Assembly (NCBI GenBank): GCA_032718475.1
Contig: JAUCBJ010007625.1
Coordinates: forward strand, 1-47,964
Reading direction: 5' to 3'
DNA length: 47,964 nucleotides
Origin: Nemertoderma westbladi
Lineage: Eukaryota > Animalia > Xenacoelomorpha
In this document: piece after piece, positions 1 to 14,723 of the stretch
How the letters are laid out: every line of letters begins with the position of its first letter
Position numbering within the stretch: position 1 is the first letter of the stretch
Translations under genes and position numbers: made by a program
Notes under the pieces: model-generated
The model's database searches: none
Told to the model about the DNA's origin: nothing
Seen by the model: the letters and a program-made list of their open reading frames with translations, nothing else

Positions 1-573
1 GCAGGACTGGTTGGATTGGTGACAGCCGTGGTGGAGTTGGCAATCAATATAATATCTGATGTAGTTGGTGGCCACGTTGTCAGCATATACAGTATACAAT
101 GGTTGGTTGGTTGGTTGGTTGCGTGAATAGGAAATAACTATGGAAATGTTCGTATACGTGTAGCCGGAAACGTGGTGGATTGGTAGGTTGCTCGGTTGAA
201 TGGATTGGTGACAGCCGTCGAAGAGTTGGCGATCGAATCGATATAATAGGGTAGTGTGGGGCTAGCCACACGATGAGAGGTTTGGGTACGCGAAGATGAA
301 TATGCTATGGTTGGTTGATGCAACGACACGAACCAATACGCGCGGGAGGTAACAGCTGTAGGAGTAAGGAGGGCATCGCGAGGTTAGGCTACGCGTAGGT
401 GATAGGCAGCGATTGGCTGAAGGCAACGACGCGAATCAATATTGATGGTGACAGATGGTCATTAAACACCTCGATTTAGCACCGGAATTTGGCATTTTTT
501 AATTGCCTCCGAGATGTAGCCCGTAGCCCAGGCTAGGGAGGAGATAGCCGAGAACTATGCTTCTCCTACTACT

Positions 574-3500
574 CACGGAAAGAGAGAATAAAGGGTGCAA
601 AACCACTGACCAGTGTAATATCGTTTGGTCGTTACTCTACACTACGGTAGCTGTAGGCACGGAAAGAGAGAATAAAGGGTGCAAAACCACTGACCGGTGT
701 AATACCGTTTGGTCGTTACTCTACACTACGGTAGCTGTAGGCACGGAAAGAGAGAATAAAGGGTGCAAAACCACTGACCGGTGTAATATCGTTTGGTCGT
801 TACTCTACACTAAGGTAGCTGTAGGCACGGAAAGAGAGAATAAAGGGTGCAAAACCACTGACCGGTGTAATATCGTTTGGTCGTTACTCTACACTACGGT
901 AGCTGTAGGCACGGAAAGAGAGAATAAAGGGTGCAAAACCACTGACCGGTGTAATATCATTTGGTCGTTACTCTACACTACGGTAGCTGTAGGCACGGAA
1001 AGAGAGAATAAAGGGTGCAAAACCACTGACCGGTGTAATATAGGTTGGTCGTTAATCTACACTACAGTAGCTGTAGGCACGGAAAGAGAGAATATAAAGG
1101 GTGCAAAACCACTGACCGGTGTAATATCGTTTGGTCATTACTCTACACTACGGTAGCTGTAGTCACGGAAAGAGAGAATAAAGGGTGCAAAACCACTGAC
1201 CGGTGTAATATCGTTTGGTCGTTACTCTACACTACGGTAGCTGTAGGCACGGAAAGAGAGAATAAAGGGTGCAAAACCACTGACCGGTGTAATATCGTTT
1301 GGTCGTTACTCTACACTACGGTAGCTGTAGGCACGGAAAGAGAGAATAAAGGGTGCAAAACCACTGACCGGTGTAATATCGTTTGGTCGTTACTCTACAC
1401 TACGGTAGCTGTAGGCACGGAAAGAGAGAATAAAGGGTGCAAAACCACTGACCGGTGTAATATCGTTTGGTCGTTACTCTACACTACGGTAGCTGTAGTC
1501 ACGGAAAGAGAGAATAAAGGGTGCAAAACCACTGACCGGTGTAATATCGTTTGGTCGTTACTCTACACTACGGTAGCTGTAGGCACGGAAAGAGAGAATA
1601 AAGGGTGCAAAACCACTGACCGGTGTAATATCGTTTGGTCGTTACTCTACACTACGGTAGCTGTAGGCACGGAAAGAGAGAATAAAGGGTGCAAAACCAC
1701 TGACCGGTGTAATATCGTTTGGTCGTTACTCTACACTACGGTAGCTGTAGGCACGGAAAGAGAGAATATAAAGGGTGCAAAACCACTGACCGGTGTAATA
1801 TCGTTTGGTCGTTACTCTACACTACGGTAGCTGTAGGCACGGAAAGAGAGAATAAAGGGTGCAAAACCACTGACCGGTGTAATATCGTTTGGTCGTTACT
1901 CTACACTACGGTAGCTGTAGGCACGGAAAGAGAGAATATAAAGGGTGCAAAACCACTGACCGGTGTAATATCGTTTGGTCGTTACTCTACACTACGGTAG
2001 CTGTAGGCACGGAAAGAGAGAATAAAGGGTGCAAAACCACTGACCGGTGTAATATCGTTTGGTCGTTACTCTACACTATGGTAGCTGTAGTCACGGAAAG
2101 AGAGAATAAAGGGTGCAAAACCACTAACCAGTGTAATATCGTTTGGTCGTTACTCTACACTACGGTAGCTGTAGTCACGGAAAGAGAGAATAAAGGGTGC
2201 AAAACCACTGACCGGTGTAATATCGTTTGGTCGTTACTCTACACTACGGTAGCTGTAGGCACGGAAAGAGAGAATATAAAGGGTGCAAAACCACTGACCA
2301 GTGTAATATCGTTTGGTCGTTACTCTACACTACGGTAGCTGTAGGCACGGAAAGAGAGAATATAAAGGGTGCAAAACCACTGACCAGTGTAATATCGTTT
2401 GGTCGTTACTCTACACTACGGTAGCTGTAGGCACGGAAAGAGAGAATAAAGGGTGCAAAACCACTGACCGGTGTATATCGTTTGGTCGTTACTCTACACT
2501 ACGGTAGCTGTAGGCACGGAAAGAGAGAATAAAGGGTGCAAAACCACTGACCGGTGTAATATCGTTTGGTCGTTACTCTACACTACGGTAGCTGTAGGCA
2601 CGGAAAGAGAGAATAAAGGGTGCAAAACCACTGACCGGTGTAATATCATTTGGTCGTTACTCTACACTACGGTATAGCTGTAGGCACGGAGGAAAGAGAG
2701 AATAAAGGGTGCAAAACCACTGACCGGTGTAATATCGTTTGGTCGTTACTCTACACTACGGTAGCTGTAGGCACGGAAAGAGAGAATATAAAGGGTGCAA
2801 AACCACTGACCGGTGTAATATCGTTTGGTCGTTACTCTACACTATGGTAGCTGTAGGCACGGAAAGAGAGGATAAAGGGTGCAAAACCACTGACCGGTGT
2901 AATATCGTTTGGTCGTTACTCTACACTACGGTAGCTGTAGGCACGGAAAGAGAGAATAAAGGGTGCAAAACCACTGACCGGTGTAATATCATTTGGTCGT
3001 TACTCTACACTACGGTATAGCTGTAGGCACGGAGGAAAGAGAGAATAAAGGGTGCAAAACCACTGACCGGTGTAATATCGTTTGGTCGTTACTCTACACT
3101 ACGGTAGCTGTAGGCACGGAAAGAGAGAATATAAAGGGTGCAAAACCACTGACCAGTGTAATATCGTTTGGTCGTTACTCTACACTATGGTAGCTGTAGG
3201 CACGGAAAGAGAGGATAAAGGGTGCAAAACCACCGACCGGTGTAATATCGTTTGGTCGTTACTCTACACTACGGTAGCTGTAGGCATGGAAAGAGAGAAT
3301 AAAGGGTGCAAAACCACTGACCGGTGTAATATCATTTGGTCGTTACTCTACACTACGGTAGCTGTAGGCACGGAAAGAGAGAATAAAGGGTGCAAAACCA
3401 CTGACCGGTGTAATATCGTTTGGTCGTTACTCTACACTACGGTAGCTGTAGGCACGGAAAGAGAGAATATAAAGGGTGCAAAACCACTGACCAGTGTAAT

Positions 3501-6500
3501 ATTGTTTGGTCGTTACTCTACACTACGGTAGCTGTAGGCACGGAAAGAGAGAATAAAGGGTGCAAAACCACTAACCAGTGTAATATCGTTTGGTCGTTAC
3601 TCTACACTACGGTAGCTGTAGGCACGGAAAGAGAGAATATAAAGGGTGCAAAACCACTGACCGGTGTAATATCGTTTGGTCGTTACTCTACACTACGGTA
3701 GCTGTAGGCACGGAAAGAGAGAATAAAGGGTGCAAAACCACTAACCAGTGTAATATCGTTTGGTCGTTACTCTACACTACGGTAGCTGTAGGCACGGAAA
3801 GAGAGAATATAAAGGGTGCAAAACCACTGACCAGTGTAATATTGTTTGGTCGTTACTCTACACTACGGTAGCTGTAGGCACGGAAAGAGAGAATAAAGGG
3901 TGCAAAACCACTAACCAGTGTAATATCGTTTGGTCGTTACTCTACACTACGGTAGCTGTAGGCACGGAAAGAGAGAATATAAAGGGTGCAAAACCACTGA
4001 CCGGTGTAATATCGTTTGGTCGTTACTCTACACTACGGTAGCTGTAGGCACGGAAAGAGAGAATATAAAGGGTGCAAAACCACTGACCGGTGTAATATCG
4101 TTTGGTCGTTACTCTACACTACGGTAGCTGTAGGCACGGAAAGAGAGAATAAAGGGTGCAAAACCACTGACCGGTGTAATATCGTTTGGTTGTTACTCTA
4201 CACTACGGTAGCTGTAGGCACGGAAAGAGAGAATAAAGGGTGCAAAACCACTGACCGGTGTAATATCGTTTGGTTGTTACTCTACACTACGGTAGCTGTA
4301 GGCACGGAAAGAGAGAATAAAGGGTGCAAAACCACTGAACGGTGTAATATCGTTTGGTCGTTACTCTACACTACGGTAGCTGTAGGCACGGAAAGAGAGA
4401 ATAAAGGGTGCAAAACCACTTACCAGTGTAATATCGTTTGGTCGTTACTCTACACTACGGTAGCTGTAGTCACGGAAAGAGAGAATAATGGATGCAAAAC
4501 CACTGAACGGTGTAATATCGTTTGGTCGTTACTCTACACTACGGTAGCTGTAGGCACGGAAAGAGAGAATAAAGGGTGCAAAACCACTAACCAGTGTAAT
4601 ATCGTTTGGTCGTTACTCTACACTACGGTAGCTGTAGGCACGGAAAGAGAGAATAAAGGGTGCAAAACCACTAACCAGTGTAATATCGTTTGGTCGTTAC
4701 TCTACACTACGGTAGCTGTAGTCACGGAAAGAGAGAATAAAGGGTGCAAAACCACTAACCAGTGTAATATCGTTTGGTCGTTACTCTACACTACGGTAGC
4801 TGTAGTCACGGAAAGAGAGAATAAAGGGTGCAAAACCACTAACCAGTGTAATATCGTTTGGTCGTTACTCTACACTACGGTAGCTGTAGTCACGGAAAGA
4901 GAGAATAATGTATGCAAAACCACTAACCAGTGTAATATCATTTGGTCGTTACTCTACACTACGGTAGCTGTAGTCACGGAAAGAGAGAATAAAGGGTGCA
5001 AAACCACTGACCAGTGTAATATCGTTTGGTCGTTACTCTACACTACGGTAGCTGTAGTCACGGAAAGAGAGAATAAAGGGTGCAAAACCACTAACCAGTG
5101 TAATATCGTTTGGTCGTTACTCTACACTACGGTAGCTGTAGGCACGGAAAGAGAGAATAAAGGGTGCAAAACCACTGACCAGTGTAATATCGTTTGGTCG
5201 TTACTCTACACTACGGTAGCTGTAGTCACGGAAAGAGAGAATAAAGGGTGCAAAACCACTAACCAGTGTAATATCGTTTGGTCGTTACTCTACACTACGG
5301 TAGCTGTAGTCACGGAAAGAGAGAATAAAGGGTGCAAAACCACTAACCAGTGTAATATCGTTTGGTCGTTACTCTACACTACGGTAGCTGTAGTCACGGA
5401 AAGAGAGAATAATGTATGCAAAACCACTAACCAGTGTAATATCGTTTGGTCGTTACTCTACACTACGGTAGCTGTAGGCACGGAAAGAGAGAACAAATAG
5501 TGCCAAACCACTGACCGGTGTAATATCATTTGGTCGTTACTCTACACTACGGTAGCTGTAGGCACGGAAAGAGAGAACAAATAGTGCCAAACCACTGACC
5601 GGTGTAATATCGTTTGGTCGTTACTCTACACTACGGTAGCTGTAGGCACGGAAAGAGAGAACAAATAGTGCCAAACCACTGACCGGTGTAATATCGTTTG
5701 GTCGTTACTCTACACTACGGTAGCTGTAGGCACGGAAAGAGAGAATAATGGATGCAAAACCACTAACCAGTGTAATATCGTTTGGTCGTTACTCTACACT
5801 ACGGTAGCTGTAGTCACGGAAAGAGAGAATAATGTATGCAAAACCACTAACCAGTGTAATATCGTTTGGTCGTTACTCTACACTACGGTAGCTGTAGTCA
5901 CGGAAAGAGAGAATAAAGGGTGCAAAACCACTAACCAGTGTAATATCGTTTGGTCGTTACTCTACACTACGGTAGCTGTAGTCACGGAAAGAGAGAATAA
6001 AGGGTGCAAAACCACTAACCAGTGTAATATCGTTTGGTCGTTACTCTACACTACGGTAGCTGTAGTCACGGAAAGAGAGAATAAAGGGTGCAAAACCACT
6101 AACCAGTGTAATATCGTTTGGTCGTTACTCTACACTACGGTAGCTGTAGTCACGGAAAGAGAGAATAAAGGGTGCAAAACCACTGACCGGTGTAATATCA
6201 TTTGGTCGTTACTCTACACTACGGTAGCTGTAGGCACGGAAAGAGAGAACAAATAGTGCCAAACCACTGACCGGTGTAATATCGTTTGGTCGTTACTCTA
6301 CACTACGGTAGCTGTAGGCACGGAAAGAGAGAATAATGTATGCAAAACCACTAACCAGTGTAATATCATTTGGTCGTTACTCTACACTACGGTAGCTGTA
6401 GTCACGGAAAGAGAGAATAAAGGGTGCAAAACCACTAACCAGTGTAATATCGTTTGGTCGTTACTCTACACTACGGTAGCTGTAGTCACGGAAAGAGAGA

Positions 6501-9500
6501 ATAAAGGGTGCAAAACCACTAACCAGTGTAATATCGTTTGGTCGTTACTCTACACTACGGTAGCTGTAGTCACGGAAAGAGAGAATAAAGGGTGCAAAAC
6601 CACTGACCGGTGTAATATCATTTGGTCGTTACTCTACACTACGGTAGCTGTAGGCACGGAAAGAGAGAACAAATAGTGCCAAACCACTGACCGGTGTAAT
6701 ATAGTTTGGTCGTTACTCTACACTACGGTAGCTGTAGTCACGGAAAGAGAGAATAAAGGGTGCAAAACCACTAACCAGTGTAATATCGTTTGGTCGTTAC
6801 TCTACACTACGGTAGCTGTAGGCACGGAAAGAGAGAACAAATAGTGCCAAACCACTGACCGGTGTAATATCGTTTGGTCGTTACTCTACACTACGGTAGC
6901 TGTAGTCACGGAAAGAGAGAATAATGTATGCAAAACCACTAACCAGTGTAATATCGTTTGGTCGTTACTCTACACTACGGTAGCTGTAGGCACGGAAAGA
7001 GAGAACAAATAGTGCCAAACCACTGACCGGTGTAATATCATTTGGTCGTTACTCTACACTACGGTAGCTGTAGGCACGGAAAGAGAGAACAAATAGTGCC
7101 AAACCACTGACCGGTGTAATATCGTTTGGTCGTTACTCTACACTACGGTAGCTGTAGGCACGGAAAGAGAGAACAAATAGTGCCAAACCACTGACCGGTG
7201 TAATATCGTTTGGTCGTTACTCTACACTACGGTAGCTGTAGGCACGGAAAGAGAGAATAATGGATGCAAAACCACTAACCAGTGTAATATCGTTTGGTCG
7301 TTACTCTACACTACGGTAGCTGTAGTCACGGAAAGAGAGAATAATGTATGCAAAACCACTAACCAGTGTAATATCGTTTGGTCGTTACTCTACACTACGG
7401 TAGCTGTAGTCACGGAAAGAGAGAATAAAGGGTGCAAAACCACTAACCAGTGTAATATCGTTTGGTCGTTACTCTACACTACGGTAGCTGTAGTCACGGA
7501 AAGAGAGAATAAAGGGTGCAAAACCACTAACCAGTGTAATATCGTTTGGTCGTTACTCTACACTACGGTAGCTGTAGTCACGGAAAGAGAGAATAAAGGG
7601 TGCAAAACCACTAACCAGTGTAATATCGTTTGGTCGTTACTCTACACTACGGTAGCTGTAGTCACGGAAAGAGAGAATAAAGGGTGCAAAACCACTGACC
7701 GGTGTAATATCATTTGGTCGTTACTCTACACTACGGTAGCTGTAGGCACGGAAAGAGAGAACAAATAGTGCCAAACCACTGACCGGTGTAATATCGTTTG
7801 GTCGTTACTCTACACTACGGTAGCTGTAGGCACGGAAAGAGAGAATAAAGGGTGCAAAACCACTGACCGGTGTAATATCATTTGGTCGTTACTCTACACT
7901 ACGGTAGCTGTAGGCACGGAAAGAGAGAACAAATAGTGCCAAACCACTGACCGGTGTAATATAGTTTGGTCGTTACTCTACACTACGGTAGCTGTAGTCA
8001 CGGAAAGAGAGAATAAAGGGTGCAAAACCACTAACCAGTGTAATATCGTTTGGTCGTTACTCTACACTACGGTAGCTGTAGGCACGGAAAGAGAGAACAA
8101 ATAGTGCCAAACCACTGACCGGTGTAATATCGTTTGGTCGTTACTCTACACTACGGTAGCTGTAGTCACGGAAAGAGAGAATAAAGGGTGCAAAACCACT
8201 AACCAGTGTAATATCGTTTGGTCGTTACTCTACACTACGGTAGCTGTAGGCACGGAAAGAGAGAACAAATAGTGCCAAACCACTGACCGGTGTAATATCG
8301 TTTGGTCGTTACTCTACACTACGGTAGCTGTAGGCTCAGAAAGAGAGAATAAAGGGTGCAAAACCACTGACCGGTGTAATATCGTTTGGTTGTTACTCTA
8401 CACTACGGTAGCTGTAGGCACGGAAAGAGAGAATAAAGGGTGCAAAACCACTGACCGGTGTAATATCATTTGGTCGTTATTCTACACTACGGTAGCTGTA
8501 GGCACGGAAAGAGAGAATAAAGGGTGCAAAACCACTGACCGGTGTAATATCGTTTGGTTGTTACTCTACACTACGGTAGCTGTGGGCACGGAAAGAGAGA
8601 ATAAAGGGTGCAAAACCACTAACCAGTGTAATATCGTTTGGTTGTTACTCTACACTACGGTAGCTGCGGGCATGGAAAGAGAGAATAAAGGGTGCAAAAC
8701 CACTGACCAGTGTAATATCGTTTGGTCGTTACTCTACACTACGGTAGCTGTAGGCACGGAAAGAGAGAATAAAGGGTGCAAAACCACTGACCAGTGTAAT
8801 ATCGTTTGGTCGTTACTCTACACTACGGTAGCTGTAGGCACGGAAAGAGAGAATAAAGGGTGCAAAACCACTAACCAGTGTAATATCGTTTGGTCGTTAC
8901 TCTACACTATGGTAGCTGTAGGCACGGAAAGAGAGAATAAAGGGTGCAAAACCACTGACCGGTGTAATATCATTTGGTCGTTACTCTACACTACGGTATA
9001 GCTGTAGTCACGGAAAGAGAGAATAAAGGGTGCAAAACCACTGACCGGTGTAATATCGTTTGGTTGTTACTCTACACTACGGTAGCTGTAGGCACGGAAA
9101 GAGAGGATAAAGGGTGCAAAACCACCGACCGGTGTAATATCGTTTGGTCGTTACTCTACACTACGGTAGCTGTAGGCACGGAAAGAGAGAATAAAGGGTG
9201 CAAAACCACTGACCGGTGTAATATCATTTGGTCGTTACTCTACACTACGGTAGCTGTAGGCACGGAAAGAGAGAATAAAGGGTGCAAAACCACTGACCGG
9301 TGTAATATCATTTGGTCGTTACTCTACACTACGGTAGCTGTAGGCACGGAAAGAGAGAATAAAGGGTGCAAAACCACTGACCGGTGTAATATCGTTTGGT
9401 TGTTACTCTACACTACGGTAGCTGTAGGCACGGAAAGAGAGAATAAAGGGTGCAAAACCACTGACCGGTGTAATATCATTTGGTCGTTACTCTACACTAC

Positions 9501-12500
9501 GGTAGCTGTAGGCACGGAAAGAGAGAATAAAGGGTGCAAAACCACTGACCGGTGTAATATCGTTTGGTCGTTACTCTACACTACGGTAGCTGTAGGCACG
9601 GAAAGAGAGAATATAAAGGGTGCAAAACCACTGACCGGTGTAATATCGTTTGGTCGTTACTCTACACTACGGTAGCTGTAGTCACGGAAAGAGAGAATAA
9701 AGGATGCAAAACCACTGACCGGTGTAATATCGTTTGGTTGTTACTCTACACTACGGTAGCTGTAGGCACGGAAAGAGAGAATAAAGGGTGCAAAACCACT
9801 GACCGGTGTAATATCGTTTGGTCGTTACTCTACACTACGGTAGCTGTAGGCACGGAAAGAGAGAATAAAGGGTGCAAAACCACTGACCGGTGTAATATCG
9901 TTTGGTCGTTACTCTACACTACGGTAGCTGTAGGCACGGAAAGAGAGAATAAAGGGTGCAAAACCACTGACCGGTGTAATATCGTTTGGTTGTTACTCTA
10001 CACTACGGTAGCTGTAGGCACGGAAAGAGAGAATAAAGGGTGCAAAACCACTGACCGGTGTAATATCATTTGGTCGTTACTCTACACTACGGTAGCTGTA
10101 GGCACGGAAAGAGAGAATAAAGGGTGCAAAACCACTAACCAGTGTAATATCGTTTGGTCGTTACTCTACACTACGGTAGCTGTAGTCACGGAAAGAGAGA
10201 ATAAAGGGTGCAAAACCACTGACCGGTGTAATATCGTTCGGTCGTTACTCTACACTACGGTAGCTGTAGTCACGGAAAGAGAGAATAATGTATGCAAAAC
10301 CACTAACCAGTGTAATATCATTTGGTCGTTACTCTACACTACGGTAGCTGTAGGCACGGAAAGAGAGAACAAATAGTGCCAAACCACTGACCGGTGTAAT
10401 ATCGTTTGGTCGTTACTCTACACTACGGTAGCTGTAGGCACGGAAAGAGAGAATAATGGATGCAAAACCACTAACCAGTGTAATATCGTTTGGTTGTTAC
10501 TCTACACTACGGTAGCTGTAGGCACGGAAAGAGAGAATAAAGGGTGCAAAACCACTGACCGGTGTAATATCATTTGGTCGTTACTCTACACTACGGTAGC
10601 TGTAGGCACGGAAAGAGAGAATAAAGGGTGCAAAACCACTAACCAGTGTAATATCGTTTGGTCGTTACTCTACACTACGGTAGCTGTAGTCACGGAAAGA
10701 GAGAATAAAGGGTGCAAAACCACTGACCGGTGTAATATCGTTCGGTCGTTACTCTACACTACGGTAGCTGTAGTCACGGAAAGAGAGAATAATGTATGCA
10801 AAACCACTAACCAGTGTAATATCATTTGGTCGTTACTCTACACTACGGTAGCTGTAGGCACGGAAAGAGAGAACAAATAGTGCCAAACCACTGACCGGTG
10901 TAATATCGTTTGGTCGTTACTCTACACTACGGTAGCTGTAGGCACGGAAAGAGAGAATAATGGATGCAAAACCACTAACCAGTGTAATATCGTTTGGTCG
11001 TTACTCTACACTACGGTAGCTGTAGTCACGGAAAGAGAGAATAAAGGGTGCAAAACCACTAACCAGTGTAATATCGTTTGGTCGTTACTCTACACTACGG
11101 TAGCTGTAGTCACGGAAAGAGAGAATAAAGGGTGCAAAACCACTGACCGGTGTAATATCATTTGGTCGTTACTCTACACTACGGTAGCTGTAGGCACGGA
11201 AAGAGAGAACAAATAGTGCCAAACCACTGACCGGTGTAATATCGTTTGGTCGTTACTCTACACTACGGTAGCTGTAGTCACGGAAAGAGAGAATAAAGGG
11301 TGCAAAACCACTAACCAGTGTAATATCGTTTGGTCGTTACTCTACACTACGGTAGCTGTAGTCACGGAAAGAGAGAATAAAGGGTGCAAAACCACTAACC
11401 AGTGTAATATCGTTTGGTCGTTACTCTACACTACGGTAGCTGTAGTCACGGAAAGAGAGAATAAAGGGTGCAAAACCACTAACCAGTGTAATATCGTTTG
11501 GTCGTTACTCTACACTACGGTAGCTGTAGTCACGGAAAGAGAGAATAAAGGGTGCAAAACCACTGACCGGTGTAATATCATTTGGTCGTTACTCTACACT
11601 ACGGTAGCTGTAGGCACGGAAAGAGAGAACAAATAGTGCCAAACCACCGACCGGTGTAATATCGTTTGGTCGTTACTCTACACTACGGTAGCTGTAGTCA
11701 CGGAAAGAGAGAATAAAGGGTGCAAAACCACTAACCAGTGTAATATCGTTTGGTCGTTACTCTACACTACGGTAGCTGTAGGCACGGAAAGAGAGAACAA
11801 ATAGTGCCAAACCACTGACCGGTGTAATATCGTTTGGTCGTTACTCTACACTACGGTAGCTGTAGTCACGGAAAGAGAGAATAAAGGGTGCAAAACCACT
11901 AACCAGTGTAATATCGTTTGGTCGTTACTCTACACTACGGTAGCTGTAGGCACGGAAAGAGAGAACAAATAGTGCCAAACCACTGACCGGTGTAATATCG
12001 TTTGGTCGTTACTCTACACTACGGTAGCTGTAGGCTCAGAAAGAGAGAATAAAGGGTGCAAAACCACTGACCGGTGTAATATCGTTTGGTTGTTACTCTA
12101 CACTACGGTAGCTGTAGGCACGGAAAGAGAGAATAAAGGGTGCAAAACCACTGACCGGTGTAATATCATTTGGTCGTTATTCTACACTACGGTAGCTGTA
12201 GGCACGGAAAGAGAGAATAAAGGGTGCAAAACCACTGACCGGTGTAATATCGTTTGGTTGTTACTCTACACTACGGTAGCTGTGGGCACGGAAAGAGAGA
12301 ATAAAGGGTGCAAAACCACTAACCAGTGTAATATCGTTTGGTTGTTACTCTACACTACGGTAGCTGCGGGCATGGAAAGAGAGAATAAAGGGTGCAAAAC
12401 CACTGACCAGTGTAATATCGTTTGGTCGTTACTCTACACTACGGTAGCTGTAGGCACGGAAAGAGAGAATAAAGGGTGCAAAACCACTGACCAGTGTAAT

Positions 12501-14723
12501 ATCGTTTGGTCGTTACTCTACACTACGGTAGCTGTAGTCACGAAAAGCGAGAATAATGGATGCAAAACCACTGACCGGTGTAATATCGTTTGGTCGTTAC
12601 TCTACACTACGGTAGCTGTAGGCACGGAAAGAGAGAATAAAGGGTGCAAAACCACTAACCAGTGTAATATCGTTTGGTCGTTACTCTACACTACGGTAGC
12701 TGTAGGCACGGAAAGAGAGAATAAAGGGTGCAAAACCACTGACCGGTGTAATATCGTTTGGTCGTTACTCTACACTACGGTAGCTGTAGTCACGAAAAGC
12801 GAGAATAATGGATGCAAAACCACCGACCGGTGTAATATCGTTTGGTCGTTACTCTACACTACGGTAGCTGTAGGCACGGAAAGAGAGAATAAAGGGTGCA
12901 AAACCACTAACCAGTGTAATATCGTTTGGTCGTTACTCTACACTACGGTAGCTGTAGGCACGGAAAGAGAGAATAAAGGGTGCAAAACCACTAACCAGTG
13001 TAATATCGTTTGGTCGTTACTCTACACTACGGTAGCTGTAGGCACGGAAAGAGAGAATAAAGGGTGCAAAACCACTAACCAGTGTAATATCGTTTGGTCG
13101 TTACTCTACACTACGGTAGCTGTAGGCACGGAAAGAGAGAATAAAGGGTGCAAAACCACTAACCAGTGTAATATCGTTTGGTCGTTACTCTACACTATGG
13201 TAGCTGTAGGCACGGAAAGAGAGAATAAAGGGTGCAAAACCACTGACCGGTGTAATATCATTTGGTCGTTACTCTACACTACGGTATAGCTGTAGTCACG
13301 GAAAGAGAGAATAAAGGGTGCAAAACCACTGACCGGTGTAATATCGTTTGGTTGTTACTCTACACTACGGTAGCTGTAGGCACGGAAAGAGAGGATAAAG
13401 GGTGCAAAACCACCGACCGGTGTAATATCGTTTGGTCGTTACTCTACACTACGGTAGCTGTAGGCACGGAAAGAGAGAATATAGGGTGCAAAACCACTGA
13501 CCGGTGTAATATCGTTTGGTTGTTACTCTACACTACGGTAGCTGTAGGCACGGAAAGAGAGAATAAAGGGTGCAAAACCACTGACCGGTGTAATATCATT
13601 TGGTCGTTACTCTACACTACGGTAGCTGTAGGCACGGAAAGAGAGAATAAAGGGTGCAAAACCACTGACCGGTGTAATATCGTTTGGTTGTTACTCTACA
13701 CTACGGTAGCTGTAGGCACGGAAAGAGAGAATAAAGGGTGCAAAACCACTGACCGGTGTAATATCATTTGGTCGTTACTCTACACTACGGTAGCTGTAGG
13801 CACGGAAAGAGAGAATAAAGGGTGCAAAACCACTGACCGGTGTAATATCATTTGGTCGTTACTCTACACTACGGTAGCTGTAGGCACGGAAAGAGAGAAT
13901 AAAGGGTGCAAAACCATTGACCGGTGTAATATCATTTGGTCGTTACTCTACACTACGGTAGCTGTAGGCACGGAAAGAGAGAATAAAGGGTGCAAAACCA
14001 CTGACCGGTGTAATATCGTTTGGTTGTTACTCTACACTACGGTAGCTGTAGGCACGGAAAGAGAGAATAAAGGGTGCAAAACCACTGACCGGTGTAATAT
14101 CATTTGGTCGTTACTCTACACTACGGTAGCTGTAGGCACGGAAAGAGAGAATAAAGGGTGCAAAACCACTGACCGGTGTAATATCGTTTGGTTGTTACTC
14201 TACACTACGGTAGCTGTAGGCACGGAAAGAGAGAATAAAGGGTGCAAAACCACTGACCGGTGTAATATCATTTGGTCGTTACTCTACACTACGGTAGCTG
14301 TAGGCACGGAAAGAGAGAATAAAGGGTGCAAAACCACTAACCAGTGTAATATCGTTTGGTCGTTACTCTACACTACGGTAGCTGTAGGCACGGAAAGAGA
14401 GAATAAAGGGTGCAAAACCACTGACCGGTGTAATATCGTTTGGTCGTTACTCTACACTACGGTAGCTGTAGGCACGGAAAGAGAGAATAAAGGGTGCAAA
14501 ACCACTGACCAGTGTAATATCGTTTGGTCGTTACTCTACACTACGGTAGCTGTAGGCACGGAAAGAGAGAATAAAGGGTGCAAAACCACTGACCAGTGTA
14601 ATATCGTTTGGTCGTTACTCTACACTACGGTAGCTGTAGTCACGGAAAGAGAGAATAAAGGGTGCAAAACCACTGACCAGTGTAATATCGTTTGGTCGTT
14701 ACTCTACACTACGGTAGCCGTAG
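574..14723. repeat. 84-bp satellite array, about 168 units, in the intron downstream of the GKAP-domain exon
   Basis: Consensus CACGGAAAGAGAGAATAAAGGGTGCAAAACCACTGACCGGTGTAATATCGTTTGGTCGTTACTCTACACTACGGTAGCTGTAGG repeated head-to-tail with no spacers. Recurrent variants include 86-bp AATATAAAG units, CTAACCAG, GTAGTCAC and AACAAATAGTGCC. The array ends about 40 bp from the GTAAGT donor at 14764-14759. Confidence 0.99.

Noticed and set aside
1-470. Short ORFs and an internal duplication (TGGATTGGTGACAGCCGT at ~12 and ~201)
   Set aside because: No GKAP continuation or other domain is found. It is probably the interior of a repeat cut by the window edge and cannot be classified.
574-14723. CRISPR-like or ribozyme-array interpretation
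   Set aside because: There are no unique spacers and no cas genes, the context is eukaryotic, and no hammerhead CUGAnGA core is present on either strand.
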